A DNA stretch of 64,000 nucleotides from Candidatus Eiseniibacteriota bacterium (GTDB lineage: Bacteria > Eisenbacteria > RBG-16-71-46). The notes below the pieces were generated by a model. That model was not told where the DNA came from and did not search any database. It was given only the letters and a program-made list of their open reading frames with translations. The number at the start of each line of letters is the position of its first letter. Within the stretch, counting starts at the first letter, position 1. A program made the translations under genes and the position numbers. Of this stretch, positions 38,422-47,386 are shown piece by piece. Where the stretch lies: contig CAVZLN010000003.1 in assembly GCA_963776245.1 (NCBI GenBank), positions 864,001-928,000 of the forward strand, read 5' to 3'.

Positions 38422-39989
38422 CCGCCGCGGCAGACCGTTGGCGGGCCCGGGTGGATGGACCGCTCTGCGGGGTCGTCCTCCTCATCGCGTTGGGCTATCG
38501 GCTCTACGCGCTGACCGGGGACATGCAGTTCGATCCGGTCATCTACGCTCAGAACGCGTACAACGTGCTCACCGGGACGTTCAGCTTCCGGACCGATTCC
38601 TGGTACGCGCACCGCTTCACCGTATTCCTGCCGGTCGTTCCGTGTTTCGCCCTGCTGGGGGTCGGTCCGATCAGCAGCCGGTTGTGGCCGCTCGCGCTCT
38701 CGCTGGTGCAGGTCGCCCTCGTCTATCACCTCGGGCGCCGCCTGCTGGGTCGGGCGACGGGACTCCTCGCGGCGCTCTTCGTCGCGCTCGCCCCGCTCGA
38801 CGTCATCGCCAGCACGACGCTCCAGCCCGACATCATCATGGCCGCCTTCCTGACCGCGGCCGCGGTCTGCTGGGTGCTCGCGCTGGAAGACGGTCACGCC
38901 GGGAACCGCGCGCTCCCCATGCTGTCCGGGATCTGCTTCGCGCTCGCGGTGCTGGCCCGCGAGAACGCCGCCTTGCTCGTGGTGTTCTACGCCGGCACGG
39001 CGCTGTGGAGGAGGACGCGCGCCGGTGCGCTGTTGTGGGCGGTGGCGGGCGGGCTGCTCGTGATCCTCCCCGTGCTGGTGCTGTACGCGGTCCAGACCGG
39101 CGATCCCTTCTTCCGGTTCGGCGTGCTCGCGGACACCTACAGCGGGTCGGTCATGCAGGAGGGGACGCGGCTCTCCTTCTATCCCGGACTGCTGGTCCAT
39201 GTCCGGCGGCATGTGACCGGGGTCGCGGCGCCGCTGTTCGCCCTGGGGCTGGTCGGAGCGATCCTCCGCCCCGATCGGCCGCGCGTCTGGCTGCTCTGGT
39301 GGGCCGTCCCGATGCTCCTCTACCTGCAGTTCGGGAGCATGAGCGCGACCCACTTCCTGCCGGTCCTGAAGCGCGAACGCTTCCTCACGCCATTGACGGC
39401 GCCGCTGAGCCTGCTCGCGGCCGCGGTGCTGCTCGATGTCGTCCCCTGGGCGCTGGGCCGGCTGCGGCCGCGGCTCGATCCCGCACGGCGCGGAAGGATC
39501 GGGGGGCTGATCCTCGGCGGGGTGCTCGCGGTCCTGGCGCTCAACTCGTTCCAGATCGTGCGCGCCGAGAGAGCCCGGGGGATGCGGACGTACGACGCGT
39601 TCCGCTCGGTGGTCCGGGTGCTCCGCGGCCGGCCGGACCTGCCGGTGCTGTTCGATCACTGGCGCACCGGACACCGCTTCTCGTACTACCTCGGCTTCGA
39701 GGAGGGCGCCGATCTCTACCGCGGTGGGGACGACCGCGCGCGTATGCGCCACCCGGGCGCGTTCGGCCCGTCCCGTCTCGGGTACGTGTGCTGGTACCCG
39801 GACCCCGGCCAGCTGCCGAAGGCCCTCATCGTCCTCGACGACGACGCCCTCGAGCGCGTCCGGACCTCCCTCAGCGCGAAGGCGACCTACGCTCCGGGAG
39901 AGATCCCCGGCTACGCGTACGCTCCTCCCGCGGCGTGGACGCTGCTGGGAAGGTTCGGCACGTTCCGCGTCTACCAGAGCCCGGGCTAG
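38418..39989 (+). CDS. GT39/ArnT-like membrane glycosyltransferase
   Basis: GTG start overlapping the upstream stop; FDPVIYAQ..., LQPD, LAREN and ERFL motifs; many TMs. Confidence 0.75.
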   Translation: MTAAADRWRARVDGPLCGVVLLIALGYRLYALTGDMQFDPVIYAQNAYNVLTGTFSFRTDSWYAHRFTVFLPVVPCFALLGVGPISSRLWPLALSLVQVALVYHLGRRLLGRATGLLAALFVALAPLDVIASTTLQPDIIMAAFLTAAAVCWVLALEDGHAGNRALPMLSGICFALAVLARENAALLVVFYAGTALWRRTRAGALLWAVAGGLLVILPVLVLYAVQTGDPFFRFGVLADTYSGSVMQEGTRLSFYPGLLVHVRRHVTGVAAPLFALGLVGAILRPDRPRVWLLWWAVPMLLYLQFGSMSATHFLPVLKRERFLTPLTAPLSLLAAAVLLDVVPWALGRLRPRLDPARRGRIGGLILGGVLAVLALNSFQIVRAERARGMRTYDAFRSVVRVLRGRPDLPVLFDHWRTGHRFSYYLGFEEGADLYRGGDDRARMRHPGAFGPSRLGYVCWYPDPGQLPKALIVLDDDALERVRTSLSAKATYAPGEIPGYAYAPPAAWTLLGRFGTFRVYQSPG

Positions 39990-40020
39990 AGCTCCGAGGC
40001 GGTCGGGCGATCCCGCGCGA

Positions 40021-42831
40021 TCAATGGAGCAGCAGCAGCCGGCGCAGGTGGCGCGTCCCTTCGACGTCGAGACGCACCAGGTAGAGGCCGGTCGGCAGCG
40101 ACTGGCCGCGGGAGCCGCGGCCATCCCAGCGCACCGGGTGCCGGCCCGCGGACTGCATCCCCGCGATCAGCTCGCGCACCATGCGCCCGCTCACGTCGAA
40201 CACCGCCAGCTCCACCCGCGCGCGACGCGGCAGGCCCAGCTCCACCGTCGCGCCCCGTCCCATGCTGGGATTCGGGTACGGCGCCGAGAGCCACACCTGC
40301 CCCGGCGGCGCGGCCCGCGCATCGTCGGCGCCCGCGGTGCCGCCCACTTCGAGCGTGATCACGCCGGCGTTGTCGGTCTCGTCGATCTCGACGACCGCGT
40401 CCAGCGTGTCGGCCACCACGCGCAACGTATGGATGCCGGGGGCCAGCTGGAGGCCCGTGACGTGCACCTCCACGCTGTCGAGCGCGGCGACGCGAGTCCG
40501 GCCCTCGGCGAGCAGCGCGTTGCAGGCGGTCAGGTGCCAGTGGGTGGGACGCGCCGGGGCGCGGCCGCGGTTGCGCAACACGAAGCGCACGGCGAAGTGC
40601 TCGTTCCCCTCCGGCGCCGCGGGCTCCACGGTGAGGGCCGCGGGGGAGAGGTCGACCTCGGGACGGATATCCACCGCGGCCGAATCGGCGAGCCCGTGGC
40701 TGTCGGTGACGCGCACGCTCACGCGATAGAAGACGATCGCGGTGTCCCCGGCCGCCGGCGGCGTGAACGTCGCGCTGGCCGTGTTCGCCGTCATCACCAC
40801 GACGCTGCCGCTGTCCGCATGGGATTCCACCCGCCAGGCGTGCGCGAGTGGTCCCGGCGGGTCCTCCGCGTCGGCGGCGGCACAGGTGAGGTCGAGCCCC
40901 TGGCCCCCATGGTAGAACGTGCCCCTGGCCGGTGACGTGATGACGACCGTGGGGGGCGTCTCGGGTGGGGTGGTCTCGGGGCCGACCGTCGAGACCGGAT
41001 CGGTCGCCGCGCACCCGCGCACCCGGAGGTCGTCGAACTGCGCGCGGGTGTCGTCCTCCTCGAAGAGCGCGACCGGCCCATCTGGGAAGTGGAGCGGGGT
41101 GCCGACCGCGGTCGGGTTCTGGAGCACGTCGCCGAAGTACACCTGGATCCCCGCGCCGCTCACCTTCATGCCGAGCTTGTACCAGGCGCTCCGCTCGACT
41201 TCGCCGACCGCACCCGACCAGAGCTCGGTGCCATTGCCGTCGATCCACTCGTAGAGGAAGAGATTCGGTCCGTCGTCGAGGTCGTCGTACAGATTGAGTG
41301 AGTACCCGTTGTCGGGGTCCGCCATGCGCGCCCCGAGGCCCCAGACGCGGCCGCCGAGCAACCGGCCCCAGCCCTCGACCACGTAGTCCTGCCCGGCGTA
41401 CGAGGACCGCAGGATGTCCCAGCCGTGCGTGCTGCCCTGAGCGACCACGCCGGTGTCGCCGTGGGGCTGTGTCGCCATGGGGGCGCTCCAGCTGCCGCCG
41501 CTCGCGGTCCACCGGGCGGGATCGAGCACCCCCGCGAGCACCCGCCCCGCCGCCAGGTCGCCCTGCACCAGGTCGAGCGTCCAGATGCCGTTCGTCCGCT
41601 TGCAGTAGTACTCGTACAGGACGTCGCCGACCGGAGTCTGGAACATGCACGCGCAGTCCCCGTCGAGCAGTGGGTTGCCGGGCAGCGCGGTGAACGGCCC
41701 GAGGGGCGACGGGCCACCGTAGACCTTGACGCTCCAGGTGTCCTCGAGGATCTCGGTGATCAGGAAGTACGTCCCGTCGCGGAACATCAGGTTGGGGGCC
41801 GCGAGCGTGGTCGGCGAGCTCAGCAACTCCACGTCGGGCGCCGTGGCCAGCCCCGCGACGGTGGTCGCGCTCCGCGCCATGATGCGCCACACGGTGGCGC
41901 CGTCGCCCTGATACCAGTAGAGGTGGAAGCGGCCTCCCACGGGGTCGTGGAAGAGGTTCGGGTTCTGGTTCCGCCACCCCGGGGTCGCCGGCACGACCTC
42001 GGTGGGCGCGGTCCACGTCCGGCCGTTCGTGCTGGTCCGCCGCACGATGTGGCTGGTGCCGCAGAAGTCCGCCGTGTGGATCATGTGATAGGTGGTGCCA
42101 TCCCGGATGACGTGCGGCCAGCGCTCGCCGCCGCCGGTGAACAACGGATTGGTGGCGAACTTGGTCCACTCGACGAGGTCGTCGCTCCCCGCCATGCCGA
42201 TGCCGGTGCAGTCCTCGAGCCCGTAGTAGCCGTAGTAGTCCCAATCGGCCCCGCTCGGCGCCGGGACCACGCTCAGCGTGTGCGGTCCTTCGGTCTCCCA
42301 GTCCTGGTCCTCGGTCATGATGGTCTGGCTCGGGCCCAGCCGGTAGTAGCCCGGTCCCTTCATGCCCTCGAAGTCGTCGAAGAACGCGAACGTGCTGTCG
42401 CCATCGGCCACGGCGTCCGCGTCGGGGTTGCCGTAGTACACGAAGACGCTGGTGCCGCCACTGGGGATCGACGGCACCTTCACCCACAGGCGCGCGGTCT
42501 GCGTGCCGGGCTGCCAGATCTCGATCCAGAAGTGCAGCGCGGTCGTGCCGTCGCTCGAGGTCACCCGCAGGTCGGCGCCGTCGCTCCTCGCGTGGCTGAA
42601 ATCGAACGATGCGGGCAGCGTGACGAGCACCTGGAAGTCGGTGAGTGCCGTGCCGCCGGGATCGGCGATGGTCACCGGGCGGCGATAGGGCCACTCGTCC
42701 GAGAGCCAGCCCTGGGCGGTCGCGACCGCGGGCAGGCACGCCAGGAGGGCGGCGAGGACGCACGCGCGCACGCGGCCCGGGAGGGCCGCGCCAGATCGGG
42801 GATCGACGGGTCGAGCGGGGGTGGTCGTCAA
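40021..42831 (-). CDS. Secreted multidomain protein: DUF2341 + glycosidase-like beta-propeller + CARDB + FlgD-Ig CTD
   Basis: WPYRRPVTI...DGADLRV...FWIE...WVKVP...YYGNP; GMAGSDDLVEWTK..NPL; ADTLDAVVEIDETDN; PYPNPS...FDVSGRMVREL...WDGR...GLYLVRL. Confidence 0.8.
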   Translation of the reverse strand: MTTTPARPVDPRSGAALPGRVRACVLAALLACLPAVATAQGWLSDEWPYRRPVTIADPGGTALTDFQVLVTLPASFDFSHARSDGADLRVTSSDGTTALHFWIEIWQPGTQTARLWVKVPSIPSGGTSVFVYYGNPDADAVADGDSTFAFFDDFEGMKGPGYYRLGPSQTIMTEDQDWETEGPHTLSVVPAPSGADWDYYGYYGLEDCTGIGMAGSDDLVEWTKFATNPLFTGGGERWPHVIRDGTTYHMIHTADFCGTSHIVRRTSTNGRTWTAPTEVVPATPGWRNQNPNLFHDPVGGRFHLYWYQGDGATVWRIMARSATTVAGLATAPDVELLSSPTTLAAPNLMFRDGTYFLITEILEDTWSVKVYGGPSPLGPFTALPGNPLLDGDCACMFQTPVGDVLYEYYCKRTNGIWTLDLVQGDLAAGRVLAGVLDPARWTASGGSWSAPMATQPHGDTGVVAQGSTHGWDILRSSYAGQDYVVEGWGRLLGGRVWGLGARMADPDNGYSLNLYDDLDDGPNLFLYEWIDGNGTELWSGAVGEVERSAWYKLGMKVSGAGIQVYFGDVLQNPTAVGTPLHFPDGPVALFEEDDTRAQFDDLRVRGCAATDPVSTVGPETTPPETPPTVVITSPARGTFYHGGQGLDLTCAAADAEDPPGPLAHAWRVESHADSGSVVVMTANTASATFTPPAAGDTAIVFYRVSVRVTDSHGLADSAAVDIRPEVDLSPAALTVEPAAPEGNEHFAVRFVLRNRGRAPARPTHWHLTACNALLAEGRTRVAALDSVEVHVTGLQLAPGIHTLRVVADTLDAVVEIDETDNAGVITLEVGGTAGADDARAAPPGQVWLSAPYPNPSMGRGATVELGLPRRARVELAVFDVSGRMVRELIAGMQSAGRHPVRWDGRGSRGQSLPTGLYLVRLDVEGTRHLRRLLLLH

Positions 42832-42942
42832 GAGACGAGAACTCCAGTCGTTCGGCCCAGGGCACGCACCGATCGGTTGGCCTGGACGCGGGGATGGATG
42901 GGTGAGCGGCGATTGCTGGCGTGCCCGTTCACCTGATCCAAC

Positions 42943-42959
42943 AGCAATGGCCAGGCCAA
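42943..42959 (-). promoter_or_regulatory. Putative sigma54 (-24/-12) promoter
   Basis: Minus strand TTGGCCTGGCCATTGCT = GG-N10-GC, about 110 nt upstream of the DUF2341 gene, with about 260 nt of non-coding DNA further upstream. Confidence 0.55.
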
Positions 42960-43223
42960 GTCCCCGTCATGGGACCCGGGTCACGACCGGCGGGCGGCGA
43001 ACCTGCGACCCGGTGGCGCGTCGATCCGCCCGCGCCCGCGGAATCCGCTGTGAACGCCGCGCGATCCGCGCACCCGGCCGGTGCCCGAGTCAGCGGCGTG
43101 GCGCCCCGGGAGGGTCGGCAGCGGAGGAGGGAGTGGCCTCCGACGGCCGGGGCATGCGGGGACTTCTGGGGGAACTCGCCGCGAACCGAGCGGAATCACC
43201 CAGCCCGGCGCGGGCCGGACCGC

Positions 43224-44451
43224 CTAGGGAGTGCCCCAGCGATCGCCGAGAACGAGCGTCCCGGCCGGGTCGAGCGCGGCGCGCACGCGCCGGCGCAGCG
43301 TGGCGACCGCCACCTGCGCCGGCAGCGCGGGCACCACGCCGTCCGCGCCGCGCGCGCCGATCAGGGCGAACCCGCTCGCGGCCAGGGCGCGCACGATGTC
43401 CTGCGCCCGGGCGAGGTCCGGGAACAGGTGCAGGCGACCCGCGGGGGCGTGGAACACCGCGCGGCGCGCCTCGGGAGTGTCCGCGAGCGGGGCGAGTGCG
43501 ACGGGGGTGTTCGACGCGGTGGTGAACGTGAGGCGCGCGCCGGGCCCCTCCTCGAGATCGGCGAGCGACTGCCACAGCGTGGCGACCTCCGCGCCCTCGA
43601 GCCGGGCGCTTTCCGGGCCGAGCCGCTCGCGCGCGAGCGCCGTCTGGCTCTCCACCCACACCGCGTCGTCCTCGAGCCCGACGATCACGACGCCGTCACC
43701 GATCGCGGCGAGCGCCGGGATGCCGGCGGCCGCCTCGCGTCCGAGCACGGTGAGCGCCGCCGGCTCGAGCCGGGGCAGCGGAGCCCAGCGCGCGGCCTCG
43801 TCCAGCCGCGCGGAGGTCGCGGGCCACACCAGCGCGCGGCGCGCCGCGGGCGCGGGCAGGAGCTTGAGGCTCGCCTCGAGCATCACGCCGAGTCCGCCGC
43901 GCGAGCCGCACAGCAGCCGGTGCACCGCGTGGCCCGCGACGTTCTTCACCACGCGGCCGCCGGTGCGGGCGAGCGTGCCGTCGCCGGTGCCACGGCGGCG
44001 CCGAGGATGCGGTCGCGCGGCGCGCCGAAGCGCAGCCGGCGGGCCCCCGAGGCTTGGCCGCGAGCACGCCGCCGAGCGTGGCGCGCGCGGCATGCGCCGC
44101 CTCGAGCGGCAGCTCCTGGCCACGGTCGGCGAGCCGCGCGCGCAGCGCGGCGAGCGTGATGCCGCACTCGGCGGTGACGGTGAAGTCCTCGGGCTCGTAC
44201 ACCACGATGCGGTCGAACGCCCGCAGGTCGAGCGCCACGTCGTAGCGCGACGGCGCGCGCTCGCCGGGGAGCGCCACGCCGCCGCCCCACGGGACCAGCG
44301 CCAGGCCGGCGCGGGTGGCGGCGCGCAGCGCCTCGGCCACCTCCTCGCGGGCGGCCGGGCGCACCGCGAGGCGCGGCGCCACGCCGCCGATCGCGAAGCC
44401 GGACGGATCGAGCGCGCGCGCGGCGTCGAGGCCGAGCGCTCCCGGCGTCAT
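43224..44451 (-). CDS. glcE: Glycolate oxidase FAD subunit GlcE-like (2 frameshifts, about 44055 and 43990)
   Basis: YEPEDFTVTAECG, ATLGGVLA, RLRFGAPRDRILG and GGRVVKNVAG..LLCGSRG.LG spread over three frames. Confidence 0.8.
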
Positions 44452-45916
44452 ATCCACGCGCCCTCCACGTCGGGCCGCGCCGGGCGGCCGCCGACGTTGG
44501 GCGGGGGCGCGGCGTGCGACTCGCCGCAGCCGCCGCCGCCCGGCAGCACCTTGCACGGGTTCATGAGCCCGCTGGGGTCGAACGCCTCGCGCACCCGCTC
44601 CATGACCGCGAGGTCGTCGGCGGCGAACAGCTCGCGCATCATCGGCCGCTTCTCGATGCCGACGCCGTGCTCGCCCGAGATCGTGCCGCCCATGCGGATG
44701 CACATGCGCAGGATCTCGTGCGAGACCTCGAGCGCGTCGGCCTGCTGGTCCGGGTCGTCGGCGTCGAACAGCACGTGCGGATGCAGGTTGCCGTCGCCGG
44801 CGTGGAACACGTTGCCGGCCTCGAGCCCGCGTTCGGCGGCGATGCGGTAGACGCTGGCGAGCGCCTCGGCGAGCCGCGTGCGCGGCACGACGCCGTCCAT
44901 GATGTAGAACCCGCTGCGCAGCCGCCCGTAGGCGCCGAACGACGACTTGCGTCCGCGCCAGATGGCGCGCGCTCGTCCTCGTCGCGCGCGACGCGCGTGG
45001 TGCGCGCGCCGTGCGCGCGCGCGACCGCGGTGATGCGCTCGACCTGGGCCGGCAGGCTCACCGCGGGGCCGTCGACCTCGATGAGCAGCACCGCGCCCGC
45101 GTCGGGCGGCAGTCCCAGGTGCAGCCAGGCCTCGACCACGCCGATGGTGTGGCGGTCCATGATCTCCATGGCCGCCGGCACGATGCCCGCGGCGATCACC
45201 TCGGAGACCGCGCGGCACGCGTCGCCGACCTCGAGGAAGTCGAACAGCATGGTGCGCGCCGCCTCGGGGCGCGGCATCAGCCGCACGCACACCTCGGTGA
45301 CGACGCCCAGCGTGCCCTCGCTGCCGGTGATCGAGCGCCGCGAGGTCGAAGTCCGGCGCGTCGCACGCCTCGCCGCCGAGCGAGAGCACCGTGCCGTCGG
45401 CGAGCACCACGGTGAGCCCGAGCACGCTGTTGAGCGTGACGCCGTACTTGAGGCAGTGCGGCCCGCCGGAGTTCGCCGCCACGTTGCCGCCGATCGTGCT
45501 CACCTGCTGCGACGCGGGATCGGGCGCGTAGTAGAGCCCGTGTCCGGCCACCTGCTGCGAGAGCTGGAGGTTCACCAGCCCCGGCTGCACCCACGCGAAC
45601 ATCCGCTCGGGGTCCACGCTCAGCAGGCGGTCCATGCGGTTCAGCGAGAGCGACCAGCCCGCCGCGCCGGGGCGTGGCGCCGCCCGCGAGCCCGGTGCCC
45701 GCGCCGCGCGGGGTCACCGGCGACCTCGAGCTCGCTCGCCCAGCGCATCACCGCGGCCACCTCGTCGGTGGAGCGCGGCAGCACCACGACGTCCGGCCGG
45801 GCGCGCTCGAGGGCGAGCGCGTCCGCCTCGTAGGTGAACAGCGCCGCGTCGGTGGTGAGCACGCCTTCGGGGCCGAGGAGCGCGGTCAGTTCGTCGAGAC
45901 GATCCAGCCAGGACAT
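44448..45916 (-). CDS. glcD: Glycolate oxidase subunit GlcD-like (about 4 frameshifts)
   Basis: PRGAGTGLAGG, YAPDPAS, TIGGNVAANSGGPHCLKYG, GSEGTLG, FHAGDGNLHP and GEHGVG.EK; frame changes at about 45720, 45650, 45333 and 44968. Confidence 0.85.
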
Positions 45917-45970
45917 GCGCCGCACCTTAGCACGGGCCCCGGCGCCGACACCGCCGTGTCGCCCGGGGTC

Positions 45971-47095
45971 TCAGCCGGCCGCCGGCACCTGCTGCTCGCG
46001 CGCCAGATGCTCGACCGCCGCGGCCGCCTCGCGGTAGCCGTCCGCGAGCAGGAAGTCCGGTTCGCCAGCGTGCGCCTTCGCGCCGATCACCCGGAAGTCG
46101 GGCTCGGCGTCCTGCAGCTCGCGCGTCATGGCGCCGTCGGCGTGGGAGCCGGTGTTGACGAGCACCCGGTCCACCTCCTCGACCACCACCTCGTCGCCGC
46201 GCACCAGTTGCACGCGGTAGCGATGCGTGGCCGAGTTGAACTCGAAGCCCTCGACCTCCACGCCGCCCACGTGGGTGACCGCGGCGTGCGCGCCGCGCGC
46301 CAGCTCACGGGCGCGCGCGGCGAGCGCGCGGCGCGCGGGCAGCGGATCGTCGGTGCGCTCGGGCAGCAGCGCGGCCAGCGGCTCGCGCGTCGCCCACACC
46401 GCCAGCGTGCCGGGCTCCTGGTCGGCGAGCGTGGCGAGCGCCGCGACGCTGGTGGCCGCGCTGGTGCCGCCGCCGATCACCAGCGTGCGCTTGCCCGCGT
46501 GGCGTGCGCGTCCGAGGCCGAGCACGTCGTCCGGGTGATACGACATCTGCGGCGCCAGGTAGAGCTCACCGCGCGCCGGGATGCCGCCGGTGCCCGCCCG
46601 GTTGGGCGCGCCGTAGGTGCCCGAGGCGTCGAGGACCGAGAACGCGTGGATGAAGCTCTCGCGTCCGCCGGCGTCGCGCACCAGCAGACGGAACGGCCGC
46701 TCGCGCCGCACCGGATCGCCGGTCCATTCGCCCCGGAGGGCGCCACGACGACTCACGTGCACCACCTGGGCGTACCGATGGACGCGGTCCTTCAGCTCGG
46801 GGAGGGCGGCCGCCGGATGCAGCAGGCGCTCGGCCAGCTCGAGTCCGGTGGGGAACTCCTCGGGCGCGGGCTCCACCCAGCCGCCGGCCGCGAGGTGGGC
46901 GCGCGTCGCCGGGCCCACGCTCGCGCGCCACGGCGTGAACATGCGCACGTGGCCCCACGCCAGCGGGTGCGCGCCGGGCTCGCCGCGTTCGAACACGTGC
47001 ACGTCGAAGCCGCGATCGAGCGCGGCGAGCGCGGCCTCGAGCCCGATGGGGCCGGCGCCGATGATGGCGAGCGAATGGCGTGCGGGAACGGGCAT
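45971..47095 (-). CDS. FAD/NAD(P)-dependent oxidoreductase (flavoprotein monooxygenase-like)
   Basis: IIGAGPIGLEAA, WGHVRMFTPW, DASGT and VIGGGTSA motifs. Confidence 0.85.
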   Translation of the reverse strand: MPVPARHSLAIIGAGPIGLEAALAALDRGFDVHVFERGEPGAHPLAWGHVRMFTPWRASVGPATRAHLAAGGWVEPAPEEFPTGLELAERLLHPAAALPELKDRVHRYAQVVHVSRRGALRGEWTGDPVRRERPFRLLVRDAGGRESFIHAFSVLDASGTYGAPNRAGTGGIPARGELYLAPQMSYHPDDVLGLGRARHAGKRTLVIGGGTSAATSVAALATLADQEPGTLAVWATREPLAALLPERTDDPLPARRALAARARELARGAHAAVTHVGGVEVEGFEFNSATHRYRVQLVRGDEVVVEEVDRVLVNTGSHADGAMTRELQDAEPDFRVIGAKAHAGEPDFLLADGYREAAAAVEHLAREQQVPAAG

Positions 47096-47214
47096 GGGGT
47101 GGCGGTTTCCGTGCGCGGCGTGGAGGAAGGTGCGGGCGGCCGGGGGACGCACTCTAGCGGCGCGCGGGCCCGCGGACAAACGCCCGACAGGTGGAACTCC
47201 TCCCGGTCGAACGA

Positions 47215-47386
47215 TGGGCGAGGCCGGCTCGCGGAGCATCCTCTGGGGTTCTAATCCACTCCGTCGGGCGAACCCCTCCGGATGCCCCGCGAGCCGGCCT
47301 CACCCAGCCTCACCCTGCCTTCGTCGGGCGAACCCCTCCGGATGCCCCGCAAGCCGGCCTCACCCAGCCTCACCCGGCCTCACCCC
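47215..47386 (-). repeat. Structured hairpin element copy 4 (47215-47306) plus tandem 60-bp duplication (47262-47320, 47322-47380)
   Basis: Plus strand: TGGGCGAGGCCGGCTCGCGGAGCATCC-TCT-GGGGTTC-[TAATCCACTCCGTCGGGC]-GAACCCC-TCC-GGATGCCCCGCGAGCCGGCCTCACCCA; right half repeated; GCCTCACCC 10-bp-period subrepeats. Confidence 0.85.

Noticed and set aside
44448..45916. Programmed frameshifting or phase variation in glcD
   Set aside because: Too many shifts of mixed sign, with no slippery heptamers or long repeat tracts.
47262..47380. Possible CRISPR array
   Set aside because: Only two adjacent 60-bp units, no unique spacers and no cas genes.
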